A DNA stretch of 62,663 bases, filler included, from Choristocarpus tenellus KU-1152 (Eukaryota > Protista > Phaeophyceae): the NCBI GenBank assembly GCA_964200185.2. It is 10 parts of 10 records of this genome, joined end to end, with 100 filler letters (N's around TTAATTAATTAA, not from the genome) between each part and the next. Parts side by side here need not be neighbours in the genome. Positions count along the whole stretch, not along the records: positions 1 to 8,592 come from CAXNAD020004555.1; positions 8,693 to 11,272 come from CAXNAD020026585.1; positions 11,373 to 16,234 come from CAXNAD020012753.1; 7 more parts are not named here. One strand, given 5' to 3'. Below, in pieces: positions 1 to 11,720 of this stretch. A program made the position numbers and the translations under genes. The notes below the pieces were generated by a model. That model had not been told where the DNA came from, ran no database searches, and was given only the letters and a program-made list of their open reading frames with translations. The first letter of the stretch is position 1; each line of letters opens with the position of its first letter.

Positions 1-536
1 CTGATGTTGTTGTCGCCGCTCATCACCAAAGGGTGGGGGGTGGGGGTGGTGGTAGAGATTACTCCCCGGGTCAACAGGGTTAGGGTAGGGCTCGGATATG
101 GACTTGGTAGGGTGTCAGGGGATAAATATGGAACATTGGTTGGAGGGGGTGAGGGTTGGCATTTTAGACAGGGCTACGATTTAGGCCAGATGGAAGGATT
201 TTCCTAGGGCATGGGATTGGGTTGAAGGGGGGGTTAAGAGGGCTGCAGGACTAATGTTGGGGCTAGGGTTAGGGTTAGGGTTAGGGTGTTTTAGGGTCGG
301 GATTGGAAGGATCGATATGTAGTTGCTGGGAACCAGTAACGGGCAGCGAAGACAGGTGTACATTACCCAAATGTACATGCAAGTAAGGACTCCGTCTCAT
401 CGACATTTTTTTGAGGGAGTTCAACTTTTGTCGGGCTTGAGAAGATTTCAAGAACAGAAGAGGTTGCAACAAAAAGGCATCCCGCAACAAAAGGCATCCC
501 GCAACAAAAGGCATACCAACGAAACACACGTATAGA

Positions 537-687
537 GAGTCATAGCACTCGAGAGGGTAGGGCCGCGTCCATCCGCTCGGGGGTCATAAATCCAATGTTG
601 CGATTTTGATGAACTTTGGCCATCGTGTTTGTTAGCAAGTGTCACTACCCTTGCTCCAGACACACCTTTCATAGCCGTGTACATTTT
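537..687. mobile_element. Truncated MITE copy (same family as 43690-43945 and 52708-52967)
   Basis: Shares agagggtag..gtccat..aatccaatgttgcgattttgatg..aagtgtca..acac.c.tttcata..gt.tacatttt with the 43690 copy, then breaks into TTAGGG repeats. Confidence 0.75.
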
Positions 688-718
688 AGGGTTAGGGTTA
701 GGGTTAGGGTTAGGGTTA
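686..718 (+). repeat. Interstitial telomere-type (TTAGGG)5 array; shorter or degenerate arrays at ~262-297 and ~34250-34283 (CCCTAA)
   Basis: Read directly from sequence. Confidence 0.9.
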
Positions 719-1441
719 TAGTGTGCACAAAGAAAAAACAAAAAAGGGCATAAAAAACCCGTGGAAAGAGTCACACGGTTTACTCCTATTTTGTTTTTGT
801 TGAGGTGGCACGCCATACCAGGACGCGATTGGAAAGTTACTGCACTGGACTGGATTGGATTCTATTCCAAGGGCGATCCATATATCTGAAGAGTGAATAT
901 TGATTGCAAGTGGAGCTTCTGAGGGGGCTCTTTGACAGATAGGTCTAGCAGCCTGTCAACAGAAAAGTTCTCAACGTGGTAAGTGAGGCGTTCTTGTACA
1001 AGAGGAATCACACGACCTTTCAATTCATTCTTTTAGAGGTGTTTTCGATGTTTCCTAATCAGAGCGCTCCCTCACAACCTTTCCTACATGTTTCAGGCAC
1101 AATGTTCTCATGAACTGTTCCCAGCAAAGAACAAAGTGAAAGATGAGAGGGCAGTCGCAGTGAATCAGATTGTTCAAAGTCAGTGAAGGGATCGTAAAAT
1201 GATACATATATGTACGGCCAGAGAGAACAGAATTGGGAATGAATTGCTGAGTATGAGAAGAGAAACATCCCAATTCAGGTGGCGGTTTGGTCCAGTAATT
1301 GCCTGTGTCATCAACCGCGAATAACAGGTGCTGTAACTGTCATTGTTGGGGTTCTCGGGTGTTAAAAGAGGAGATCCGTAGGGAGAATTAAGGCATGCCA
1401 ACAATACCCTAAACACATGAGGAGCACCATATGCCTCTCAC

Positions 1442-2312
1442 CTCTACCAAGGATCGCTTGTAGAGTCCGCACAGGATAAGGTCGGAGTCATTGGCCCACT
1501 CCACGTGCTCAATCTTACCTTGGCAGGGCCTCAGTCCACCCTGAACATTGTAAGTCGCGGGATATGTGTTAGTCAACGATCTTGGTTACTGCCGAGTGGC
1601 GAACAAAGATACAGGGTGTGAGCGCTCTGTGCGGGAAGATATGGCCTAATGAAAGGTGGGGAGCAACGACAATCTTGTTGCTGAGGGGTCTAGAGGGAAA
1701 ATGCCCCTGGTCGAAGGGATTGTCGGGACTGGGATGAGCATTTGGATATTGTCTTCGACATTGTTCACAGCATTGGCTACGTAAAGTGTTCCATCTGCAC
1801 GGGAGTGGATGTATCAGTCTGCCACAGGACCAGGTAGGGGAGCATCAGTGCTGCGGTGTGCGGTGGGGTGGGGTGGCCTGGCGTGCTGTGGGTGTTGCCT
1901 CGCTGGCGTACATAAGGAGATGTTCACGTAATTACTGCAAGTGCGAATTTTGAGAGGGGGAAACACTAACGTACTAGTTCCATGCCTTCTCTCAAGATTG
2001 AATAAGCTCAACTATGGAGAGTCCAAGATCTTATAAGGATCACAGCAACACGATGGGGATTCAAGTGGGAGGGTTGGGTATATGACATTCAAAACGGTTC
2101 GAAGTTGTACTCCACAAAATCTAAACCTGCCACAACATCTTCCCCGGGTATCGAGAATGAGCACCGCAACGTACATTCACGATCTCGAAGCCATTCACGT
2201 CTCGCACTTTGAGCCTCTGCCCCTCGGCCACAGCAACATGCCTCCCATCCGGGCTCCAAGATACATGACCCGAGCTTTGAGAGTACACGTCACTGATGCG
2301 TACTTGAGCCAT
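1442..2312 (-). CDS. WRAP73: WRAP73/WDR8-like WD40 protein, first two exons (2312-2175, 1540-1442); rest not found in window
   Basis: Spliced translation MAQVRISDVYSQSSGHVSWSPDGRHVAVAEGQRLKVRDVNGFEIVN|GGLRPCQGKIEHVEWANDSDLILCGLYKRSLVE matches the WRAP73 N-terminus as I recall it (FSPDGKY..RLVVRDVN..IQHIEWSADS..ILCAMYKR). GT donors (gtacgt, gtgaga), CAG acceptor, both exons phase 0. Confidence 0.85.
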
Positions 2313-3103
2313 AAGCCAGTACAACTAGCGCGGCATACACTCCCGAAGACACGAAAAAAAGAAGCTGCCAGGCGTTAACCCACTTTGACTTACCTCTACC
2401 TTAGGTTATAGTAAATGTACCCCTTTCTTTATATCGAACACCTAATTTTTCCTCCTTCCCCTTACTTAAGTTTCCTTATTTATCCCACACAACATCAACT
2501 AGGACGCCAGCCTCAACACCTGTATGTCTGGCATCTGACTTCTTTCGATGCCCAGTTACTTTTTTAAACAAAGCAGAATACACAATTCCTCAACATGTAC
2601 AGCCTACAACCAACAACATACGAACAGTTGAGGATTAAGTCAACAACTTGACAAGTTGTGGTAGCCAAGAACTAACAATAGGGACGTACGTAAACAATTC
2701 AAAATTGAAAAGGAGGGATAGGGACTTGTGGAAACACTATTATAACGGAGACCCAATACTCTAAAGGGTATCCTCTAGTACTCTAACCCACTTCGACTAT
2801 ATACTTGGAACTGCTAGGCTTAGTTCTACTGAAGGGAAGAGACTTTTCCCTCGCGAAGAAAGGACGCTGGTGATCGGCGTGAAAGGCACTGTATCAATTC
2901 GAGCACCTGGGGACAGTTCCATACCTCTTACACTTCGACAGGGACCCACCTTCATTTCTATGATGAAAACCAATTATTAGTCTGAACGGTGGCTTCCTTT
3001 CGTTCCTCTGGGTGTCATCCGATATTCCATTGACCCCTGCGGGAAAACTGTAGGTGCGTATCTCAGTAAGGTTCCTACACTAAGTGTCGTTGTAGACTAC
3101 AAG

Positions 3104-5063
3104 ATGGACCCAGATGTTGGAGGTGGATCGAATGACGTGACCACATCAGCCGATCTTGGGACCTTGGTCACGCTGGGCATGGCCACTCGATCTGTTGCGA
3201 TGGACACTAGTGGAGATGGAGAAAAGGAAGCGGCGCTAATGTTGAGACTGCGACAGGTTGGTTGAAGAATACCTCATGGATGACTAAACAAGACATCGAA
3301 GCCAACTGGCAATTGAGCACGGATGTGACCCCTTTGAGAAATACCTGCTGATGCTTCGCATATCATGATGTTAGTGCATAGTACTTTTACCAAGAGGTCG
3401 AAAGCCTTCTGGTGTGAAGGATAAGAGCTGAACCCAGCACCCACCCTCGAAGGTGCATGAATGGAGAACAAACTCAAGAGTGGTCGAGGGACAACGCAAC
3501 ACGATATCACGTATGTCCCTAGGTCATGCATTTCCTCTTTGATCTGGATTCACGCCCTACTCGATACACGCCCCTCCCTCCGCCCTCCGCTTGTGCCCGC
3601 ACCTCCTATCTCCACCCCTCTCCCCCTTGCGTTCTGCGGTTCTTTTTTTAAAGGCACACAACAAGGCGCTGCAAGTTAGCAAGGCCAACATACAGCAGGG
3701 GAAAATCAGGGAGCAGCTGGGGCCAATCGAGCGAAGGATCAAAATCGACGGGTCAACGCTGGCAGCAGAGGTGGTGGCTCGTGTTGTCAACAGGTTAGAG
3801 GTGGGTCAACTCTAGGTCTTCGCAATAACCCATTCCTCCCGAGTCTTGCTCGTCTTTTGAAGTCCCATTGAAACGTAGGTACTGATGTGGTTACTTCCCT
3901 CTCCTCGTGTCCCTGTATCCTACTGGTGCAATCTATGTGGTTGCAGGTTTTAGACAACATGGTACATGTTATTATACTTCAAACTATAATGTGCCTGAGG
4001 GCATGCAGAAATCCCCCTGAAGTTGCACCAGACAGAGGGGGTGGGGGGAGTACGTGCTCTCTGAGGGCACCACTGTCTTCCTGAAGGCCCCCCTTAAGAT
4101 GCCCATTTCGTTTCCACTGCAGTTGACACATAACCTTATTCACACCACAGTGTTGTATTGATAGTGTCCCAAAGTCTTCCACCTTAACCCATGTGTCTTT
4201 TGGCTTTCCCTTTCTAGGTTGTAAACACTCGAATGAAGCAAGAGTAGTATTACCTTGCCGCAGCACAAAGTCCACTGACTGAAGCAAACATAGCATTCAT
4301 CAAAGGTCTGTTCAACCAATGTATTCGGACTACTGACGAGGAACTGCAACCTTCAATTTTCGTACTGATTTCTCCATGTTCATTCCTCATTAAGTTTTTT
4401 ATATGAAGTAACACTATGTTGTGAAACAGAAACATGCCCCTTCCTTTCCGACATTGGTCAGGACTGTTCATTTCCAAGCAAAAACGCAACCTATTTCCTC
4501 CCACCTCTTGGCTCGGTTGCAACTATGCCCCAACCGGTCTAACTAAGCACAATGGTCAAGTTTCTCCTTGTCCATCATGATCGTGAGGTGAAAAGGGGGG
4601 ATAGGACAGCTCATGACTCATCGTTAGTAGTTCCACCGACAAAACAGCTCACAAGTCACATTCAACCAATCGGATGCTGTAACTCTGCCACTGCTCCCAC
4701 CTACTGGGCAATGAACTCCTGTACCTTAGTGAAAAGCATTTCACCGTTTCCACCATTTGGCAGCATTTCATACATTACATACCGTTTGGTAAAAGTTCGA
4801 CGTTTTTGTTGACACATATTTTTAACGCACAAAGAAGTTCAATAATTTTCTGGTTCATCCCTTACCAACCCCGTTCCCCCCCGTCCCCGTCCCCCACGCC
4901 CTCCTCCGTGGTCGACACCTTCTGTGTCATCTAAAAAGGCTGGGTTCGATGACCTGTGCCTGCGAAACGGTGTGAATGCAAAGCTGCTGCAAGTTGAGAA
5001 GGCTATCCAGGAGGAACAGCAGAGGGAAGAGACCCGCGCTAGTTCCAATAACATGCTCATGAG
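3104..5063 (+). CDS. Putative Nnf1/PMF1-like (Mis12 complex) kinetochore protein, exons 3104-3256, 3654-3800, 4939-5063; 3' end not found
   Basis: Three exons splice in frame with GT..AG ends: MDPDVGGG...ALMLRLRQ|AHNKALQVSKANIQQGKIREQLGPIERRIKIDGSTLAAEVVARVVNRLE|AGFDDLCLRNGVNAKLLQVEKAIQEEQQREE. RLRQ..KAL and F..LC...GV..KL.....I.E resemble the Nnf1 family pattern (recalled, not searched). Confidence 0.6.
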
Positions 5064-6966
5064 GTAGGTGCGGAGTGTTCCATGTAGATAGGAAGGAAGG
5101 ACAATAAATCTACAGATTCGTGTAAAGATGTTTTTCATGTACTATATCCTCTTCAAAACGATCTCAGGGCCCCGGACTAGTTGCCATCGCAATTATTATT
5201 ATTATTATTATTATTGTTATTGTTGTTGGTTATTGTTTATTCAAAGTATTAGTTTTTGCATTGTTCCGAGGGGGCCAAAGATGCGTGGTCTAAAGTAGTG
5301 CAGAGGAGAAGCAATGGAACTCCGAAAGATATTCCGAGTAGAAGAAAAGAACTGCGTGTAGAACTTTTGAGTACACACTTCATACGCTCCTCAAAAATTA
5401 AAAATGTTTGAACAGAACAGAACAGAACAGAACAGAGCGGTGTTGTCGGATGCGGGACTCACTACTGACTCACTCTGTAGCCACGTCGGGGACCAGAAAA
5501 AAGGGAGGAGATTCCGTAGAGGCACATGGTGACCGCTGAGGAGGAAGCAGTGGATCTTTTGTAACTGATTTATTTGTGTGCGGAGTGAATTTAAAATAAA
5601 TTTCGATTTTAATTTTAAAAAAACTCGGTTGTGCCGTCCATTGCGAGTCACTGTTTTACCTAAGCAGGTTGAAATGGTGGTGCCCACCTCTGTGTGCGTG
5701 TGAGGGAAGGACCAACCCTAGAAAAAAATTCCGTTTGTGGGACTTTGAGGAAAAAGTCCATATAAGTGCAACGCAGGTAAAAGGTACAACCTACGAAAAG
5801 GTACAATGCAATCAGAAGGCAAGAGGGGCGTAGCGGTACAGAGTTAGTTACAACAGCCTCCTCTTTCTTTTTATTTATCTATGTTTTTCTTTTTCTTTTT
5901 TCTGCAATGCGTAGATGTCAGGACATGTCCACCAGACGCACTCTGTCGCAGGACTAGAACTGTGGGAGGAGGAGGGCGGGGGGGGGAGAGGCTTGGAATA
6001 CTTTTCAGTCTTTTCGTGCAAAATCTCGAGTGGTTAATAGTTCCGAGGGGGGCAGCAGTTGGGAAAACGCACGCCTCAGGAAACCCAGCACCCTTGTAAC
6101 GCTTGTTGTCCTAGCATTAATTATGCACTGCGGGTATGCAAGTATAGGGTATTGTCCCTGACAACTGTCCCTAGGGAGGAAACGGTAACAGCTGGTGCCC
6201 TGGGGCAATCGGACGTTATGTGAAGGAGATGATCCTCCCTCCGTGAGAGCCGCCAGCGTCCTGGACTAAGGAGGACGTCTCAGGGCGAAGGGGCTCGAGC
6301 GTCTCGGTGGACATGGTGGACATGGTGGACGTCACTATCGAGCACTATCGAGCACTATCGGACCCCGTGTTGTTTTTTTTTCCTATCCTTTTTTTTTTCA
6401 ATTTTAGTTTAGTTTACTTCTTTTTTTCCGGTGTCGAAATTTCTCTGTTCCGTTTTTTATTCCGTTTTATTCACTTTTTTTATTTGTTAATAAAATCAGA
6501 AAAATACAACGCGCGCGCGCGTGTGTGTGTGTGTGTGTTAGGGGTGCTATGGAGCGTGCTGTAACGTGTGTGGCGTTCGCGCGTGCATGTGTGTGTGTGC
6601 GATGAGATAATAATAATAATAATAATGCGAGAGCGGGCAGCTTTACGGAAAATTTCCGGTCTTATCCTATCCTAAACCTTTTCTTTAAAAAGAACAAAAA
6701 AAACAAAGATAATGGACTATGAAAAGAGACCACAGGGGAAACGAAGGTCGCCGCCCTGTAGAGTCTTTTTAGATGGAATGGATCTTGCGTGCAAAGTCTT
6801 TTTTGATCACACCGTGGTGGAGGGGTATCGAGCGACCGGTCACTGAATGTTGACCAGTGGATGGATCATACAGGCGTTGTTGAACAACACGACAAGAGTG
6901 GTGTTTCTATGGATGAAGACGGGACGTCACAGATTCTTATAGGGGATGTACAGACCACAAGTTCTA

Positions 6967-7065
6967 GTCCTCGTGGCTCAGTGGTTAAGGGGATATCAGT
7001 GCGTGCAGCTGCTGCCCGGGGAGATCTAACAAGTTCAAATCCCTTCGGGTGACTGGCTTTTTTTT
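6967..7065 (+). ncRNA. tRNA-like Pol III element (tRNA pseudogene or SINE head)
   Basis: A-box TGGCTCAGTGG, B-box GTTCAAATCC, ends pair (GTCCTCG with CGGGTGAC, one bulge), T8 run at 7058-7065. No canonical anticodon arm. Confidence 0.55.
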
Positions 7066-7302
7066 CTCGGAAATCTTGCTTTAATGATGGTATTCCACAT
7101 AAGAAGTTCACAACGGATTGTACACCCGTACTATTTTCTGTCTGTGGCTCACATATGCCACAAAAACTCTATAGACCAAGGTGAAGGTGGAAGTTTCAGG
7201 GGCAGGTCCATCAGAAGATTTGAGGGAGATGGAGCGACGACCAGGGTGGGGGAGTGCTGAACCCAACGCATGAGAAGAAAGGCAGGAGCGGAGCCAGCAC
7301 AA

Positions 7303-7639
7303 GTAGCTAGTGTGACAATTAGTACTACAGTAGTTAGTGTGACAATTAGTACTGGAGTAGTTGGTGTGACAATTAGTACTACAGTAGTTAGTGTGACAAT
7401 TAGTACTGGAGTAGTTGGTGTGACAATTAGTACTACAGTAGTTAGTGTGACAATTAGTACTCGAGTAGTTGGGGTGACAATTAGTACTGCAGTAGTTGGG
7501 GTGACAATTAGTACTGCAGTAGTTGGTGTGACAATTAGTACTGCAGTAGTTAGTGTGACAATTAGTACTGCAGTAGTTGGTGTGACAATTAGTACTACAG
7601 TAGTTAGTGTGACAATTAGTACTGCAGTAGTTAGTGTGA
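7303..7639. repeat. 27-bp minisatellite (GTGACAATTAGTACTRCAGTAGTTRGT) about 12.5 copies
   Basis: GTGACAATT recurs every 27 nt from 7312 to 7609. Confidence 0.95.
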
Positions 7640-8592
7640 GTAGTAGTGCAATGGTAGTGGTCTGACCACGGGTTGGGACAATCCTCAACTGGTGTGATGC
7701 ATATATAGTAAGTAATATTGATCATAATAATAATAATAATATATTAGTCATGCCTCTCTCTCGAGTACTACCTGGGATCTTGAAGGGCTGGGCAGTGCAA
7801 GTGATTGTGAGGGAGGAGAAGTTAATGTGTATAGCTGAGGTGGTGCATTAGTCCAGAGGAGCAAAAGACCAAGGCTCGAAAAAGACCGTGGACATTGTTT
7901 TGTGGGTTTCCTGGATCGGAGGATGGCATACCAATCTCCATACGCCTTCCTTGAGTGATGTAAATACTTCAAAGCGGTGTGATGTTGTGAAGTAGATGGG
8001 GCCATTCTGCTCCAAAACACTCCGTTGCCCGTAACAAATTTAAGTCGAATTTTGCTGACTAAAATTCTGCAGAGCAGGCCATGTACATACTACTGTTCTT
8101 TTAATTAACAAAGTACCCAGATTTTTTTAGATCGGGGAAGGCAATAAAACGGAAGAAATTTGAAGGTAGAATTAAAGAACCGATGCAAATAATCAAAAGT
8201 AACCAGGAGGAGTGTGCGCGCACGCGCTCGTGTGTGCGTGTGAGTACGGTGGAAGAAGGGGGGGGTTGCCGTATTGAGTTTTCAAAAAAAAATTAAAAAA
8301 AAAAAAAATGTTCAGTAAAAAATATATATATATGAAGCCGATCGAGACGAGACGTCGATACGGATAATCTTCTTCCCCTCCTTAATCTTAATCTTATTAT
8401 TATTATTATTATTACTATTGCAAACTAAATGCAGCTGTCACCAAAACATCCCTAAATGCATGCCCCTCCGCAGTGTACTACTTACCAAGCGCTCCAGAAA
8501 CATCATGCCATGCCCCCCCCCCCCCCCCCCCCCCCCCCACCACCCCCACCAGCCCCCAACCACCATTACTTCCTGCCTCCCCCCCCCGCCCC

Positions 8593-8692
8593 NNNNNNNN
8601 NNNNNNNNNNNNNNNNNNNNNNNNNNNNNNNNNNNNTTAATTAATTAANNNNNNNNNNNNNNNNNNNNNNNNNNNNNNNNNNNNNNNNNNNN
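8593..8692. other. Artificial contig spacer N44-TTAATTAATTAA-N44; also at 11273, 16235, 27385, 31118, 34396, 44824, 47795, 57733
   Basis: Nine identical 100-bp spacers carrying stop codons in all six frames. Confidence 0.97.
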
Positions 8693-11227
8693 GGTGAGCA
8701 AGCGACAGGGCGGGTGGGCGGGAAAGCTTGCTCGGGGGTCCTCTTTGTTCTAGCACCCCTCTCCTTGTTACCCCCCCTCCGGTTTCTTCTCCAATTCAAT
8801 ACTGACCATCCCTCATTCCTCGTGCCTCTGCCTGCCACTCAATTCTTTAACCTCCCAACTGTTCCTTAACTCTTCGTACATTCTTTGTTGATTCTTTTTT
8901 TCTTTTTTGTCCCTTTCCTTGCCCCATGCCCCCAACTAACCAGAATTCTTCCGCCCACAAAACTCAGATTACTTCGTAAACTTTCACTTTGTTGATACAC
9001 CCCAAACTAAAAAGGATACATTTCTGAGTACTTTCTGAGACCTGCACTTTTTGAGATCTGCTCACCAGCTTGTGCCATCGATCATTGAAGGCATTTCAAC
9101 ACTACACCCAATGTGCGCTTTACCCAAGGAATTGAACTGAAACGTTGGTGCAGGTGCCTATCATAGACTGACCGAGTTTGCCTTAGTTCTCTCATGGAGC
9201 CTTGGCATCGTCTCTATTAATTAATTCCCGCTACCACACATAATACACGCTAGATGATGCTCTCATCCCCGTTCATGTCAACCTGTGAGTGTGTCTGCTC
9301 GTCATTCTTTGTGGGATGTACCCTACCCCTCTCAGCACACTCTGACGTTTAATTGGTTGTTTTGTTCCCTTTATTATGCACAATCGTCACATGAAACCTG
9401 GTTCACACCCACCTCTGCTGCTGAAGCCATTGGTGTCTATTGAACTCGCACCTGCTTGGCATGTAAAAGCAGATGTGATTTGGGTGTATTAAACTAACAC
9501 TATTTGTTTTGCAGTAACTAACCCCCAAATTCCGAACTACTGCTCAGGAAGCAGGTGCTCACGATGGTCTAAGATGTCAAATAAATGAGGCCAACCTTCA
9601 TACCTATGTAATATACGTAGTATAGGGTTTTCGTCATACGTGCAAGTATATGCTTCCAGGCGCATGAGCAGGATGTTTTTCTGTGTGGACGTTAGAAACA
9701 TGTACACTTTTGTTGCGCGCGTCCATTGCATACATATTTTTGGGGCATACACACACCGTTGACATGTACAATAGTCGCGAAGGGCCACCAGTGTCACATG
9801 TCGCACTGTTGCTGGCCAGAACATACCATGTTGAGGCCATGGAACATATACCACATATATTACCACATACGTCATTACATTTGTTCCCAACAACCTCCCC
9901 CCAAAAAACAGGCATTCCACACCTTGGAGGCGTCTAAAGTATCATATTTGGGATTTTCTCCTTACCCTATGCTGACTTTCGTTTAGAATATGGTGTGTTC
10001 ATAACTTTTATATGACAATACCCTGACTCAATACTAAATATTATGTTATTATGCCCTCTGACATTTTGTAGATGTGTCCAAGGAGGGAAAACACCAAAGT
10101 GTAGGCTATGCATACCTCAAACAAGAGTAGTCACTTAAAAACATCTAAAAATAGGGAGACTGAACTACGCGCAAAGTTACCCTGGGAGACTGTTCCTGAT
10201 GAACCAAAGTTTATACTATTATTGCTCCAGTCTAGTCCTAGAAGGTGGGTTAGGAGCGAGGGAAGAATCCCTAGAGTCTGTACGTGTTACAGGCGTTGTG
10301 TCTTAATGCCAATTTCATAAATGCCGTTATGACTTTGAAGTCCGAGATTTTGTATATTGCGCTTAAGTCACAACGCCAAAGTCTTGGTAGGACCTCCATG
10401 TTACTAAACGCTCCGTAACTTACCATGATGGGATATATAGCTCCAATCCGTAAGAATGCATGTGAACCATGAAGCTCGTACAAGGCTCCATGATCCACAA
10501 GCCGCAAGTATGCTGGATCTTTCACTTAGATTATTCCCTTCGTAAGTATCATCACATAAAAAGACACTACAACGATATACCACCTTAATGTGTGTGATGA
10601 TGACTACATAGTAAATAAATAGCCCAGAAGTACAAATATATAAAATCTAGGAACTTCAAGGTCATAATGGCTTTTATGAAAGTGCCCTCCATTCCAGGCG
10701 TACACACCCTCTACCCCTACCACATGGGAGGCCACTCATCCAGGAATATCAAAGAAACTGCTGTTTCCCACGGCTTGTGTATATTAAATGTATTAATTAC
10801 TTCCTTGCTAGGTCGGACAGGATGTAGATGAATTAGGGAAAGGGAAAGGAGTGACTATTCATCCCCTGAAGGCAGGTTCCCCTATCACCAACACTCATTG
10901 CACAGCCAAACCCATTGAGAGGTGGGCAGGTTTAGACCCTTTTTTGTATTCCAAGCCATCTTTCTTACCCTATACAACACTCAATTTCATTATTTTATGT
11001 GCACAACAGTGTACTTAAAATGGGTAGTCACCCTTTCCACAAACAAAGTGACACCACAATTCAGCTAAGTCTCTTTCTGAGATGATTCAAAATGGTATTT
11101 GTTTTCTCTTTCTCGGGATGGCTAAAATATCCAACCCTGCTTACCTCTAACTCCGTTTAACTCTCTATAGATCACTAATCACTAAACAGTCATCACCGAT
11201 TAATTGTTACAATGTTTCCTGTCTCTG

Positions 11228-11272
11228 GGGTCAAAGTATCTGGGGGGGGGGTGTCGGCGTCCGTTTTTCACA
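11228..11272. mobile_element. MITE terminus GGGTCAAAGTATCT(G)n, cut by contig end
   Basis: Near-identical to the left end of 11536-11720. Confidence 0.8.
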
Positions 11273-11535
11273 NNNNNNNNNNNNNNNNNNNNNNNNNNNN
11301 NNNNNNNNNNNNNNNNTTAATTAATTAANNNNNNNNNNNNNNNNNNNNNNNNNNNNNNNNNNNNNNNNNNNNGCCGCAACATTTACAGAAAAAAACACAT
11401 CGATACTTTTTTTTTTTCATTTTCGGTCAAAACCATCCTCAATAATACGCTCCATCCTCAATTTTTAAAATCCACTGTTCTATGGTGTAGGGATTGCAAT
11501 CGTCCACACTATATATGAATCACGCACTTACTTAT

Positions 11536-11720
11536 GGGTCAAAGTATCTGGGGGGGGGGAAGGTGTCGGCGTCCGTTCTTCACCCTTTTTTCGATTTTCA
11601 CTTTGTTGGTGTGATTTGGTCGCACCTGTCGGATTTGAAATGTCAGCAAAATAAAAGGTTGCCTGATCGAAACGGACGCCTCCTCACAAACCACCCCCCC
11701 CCCTCCAGATACTTTGACCC
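11536..11720. mobile_element. Complete 185-bp MITE with TIRs GGGTCAAAGTATCTGG/CCAGATACTTTGACCC
   Basis: Perfect 16-bp inverted termini followed by G/C tracts; TTAT on both flanks (11532-35, 11721-24). Confidence 0.88.

Noticed and set aside
3274-4800. Gypsy zinc-knuckle or chromodomain-like words on the minus strand; also a chromodomain-like word near 32340-32430
   Set aside because: Isolated weak words only; the first region is better explained as introns of the plus-strand Nnf1-like gene.
9090-9190. Additional tRNA/SINE-like B-boxes (also ~33870-33970)
   Set aside because: No convincing A-box or end pairing.
10271-10525. Tyrosine recombinase motif (GSHAFLRIGA)
   Set aside because: The spacing differs from HSxRxG and no other catalytic motifs are visible.
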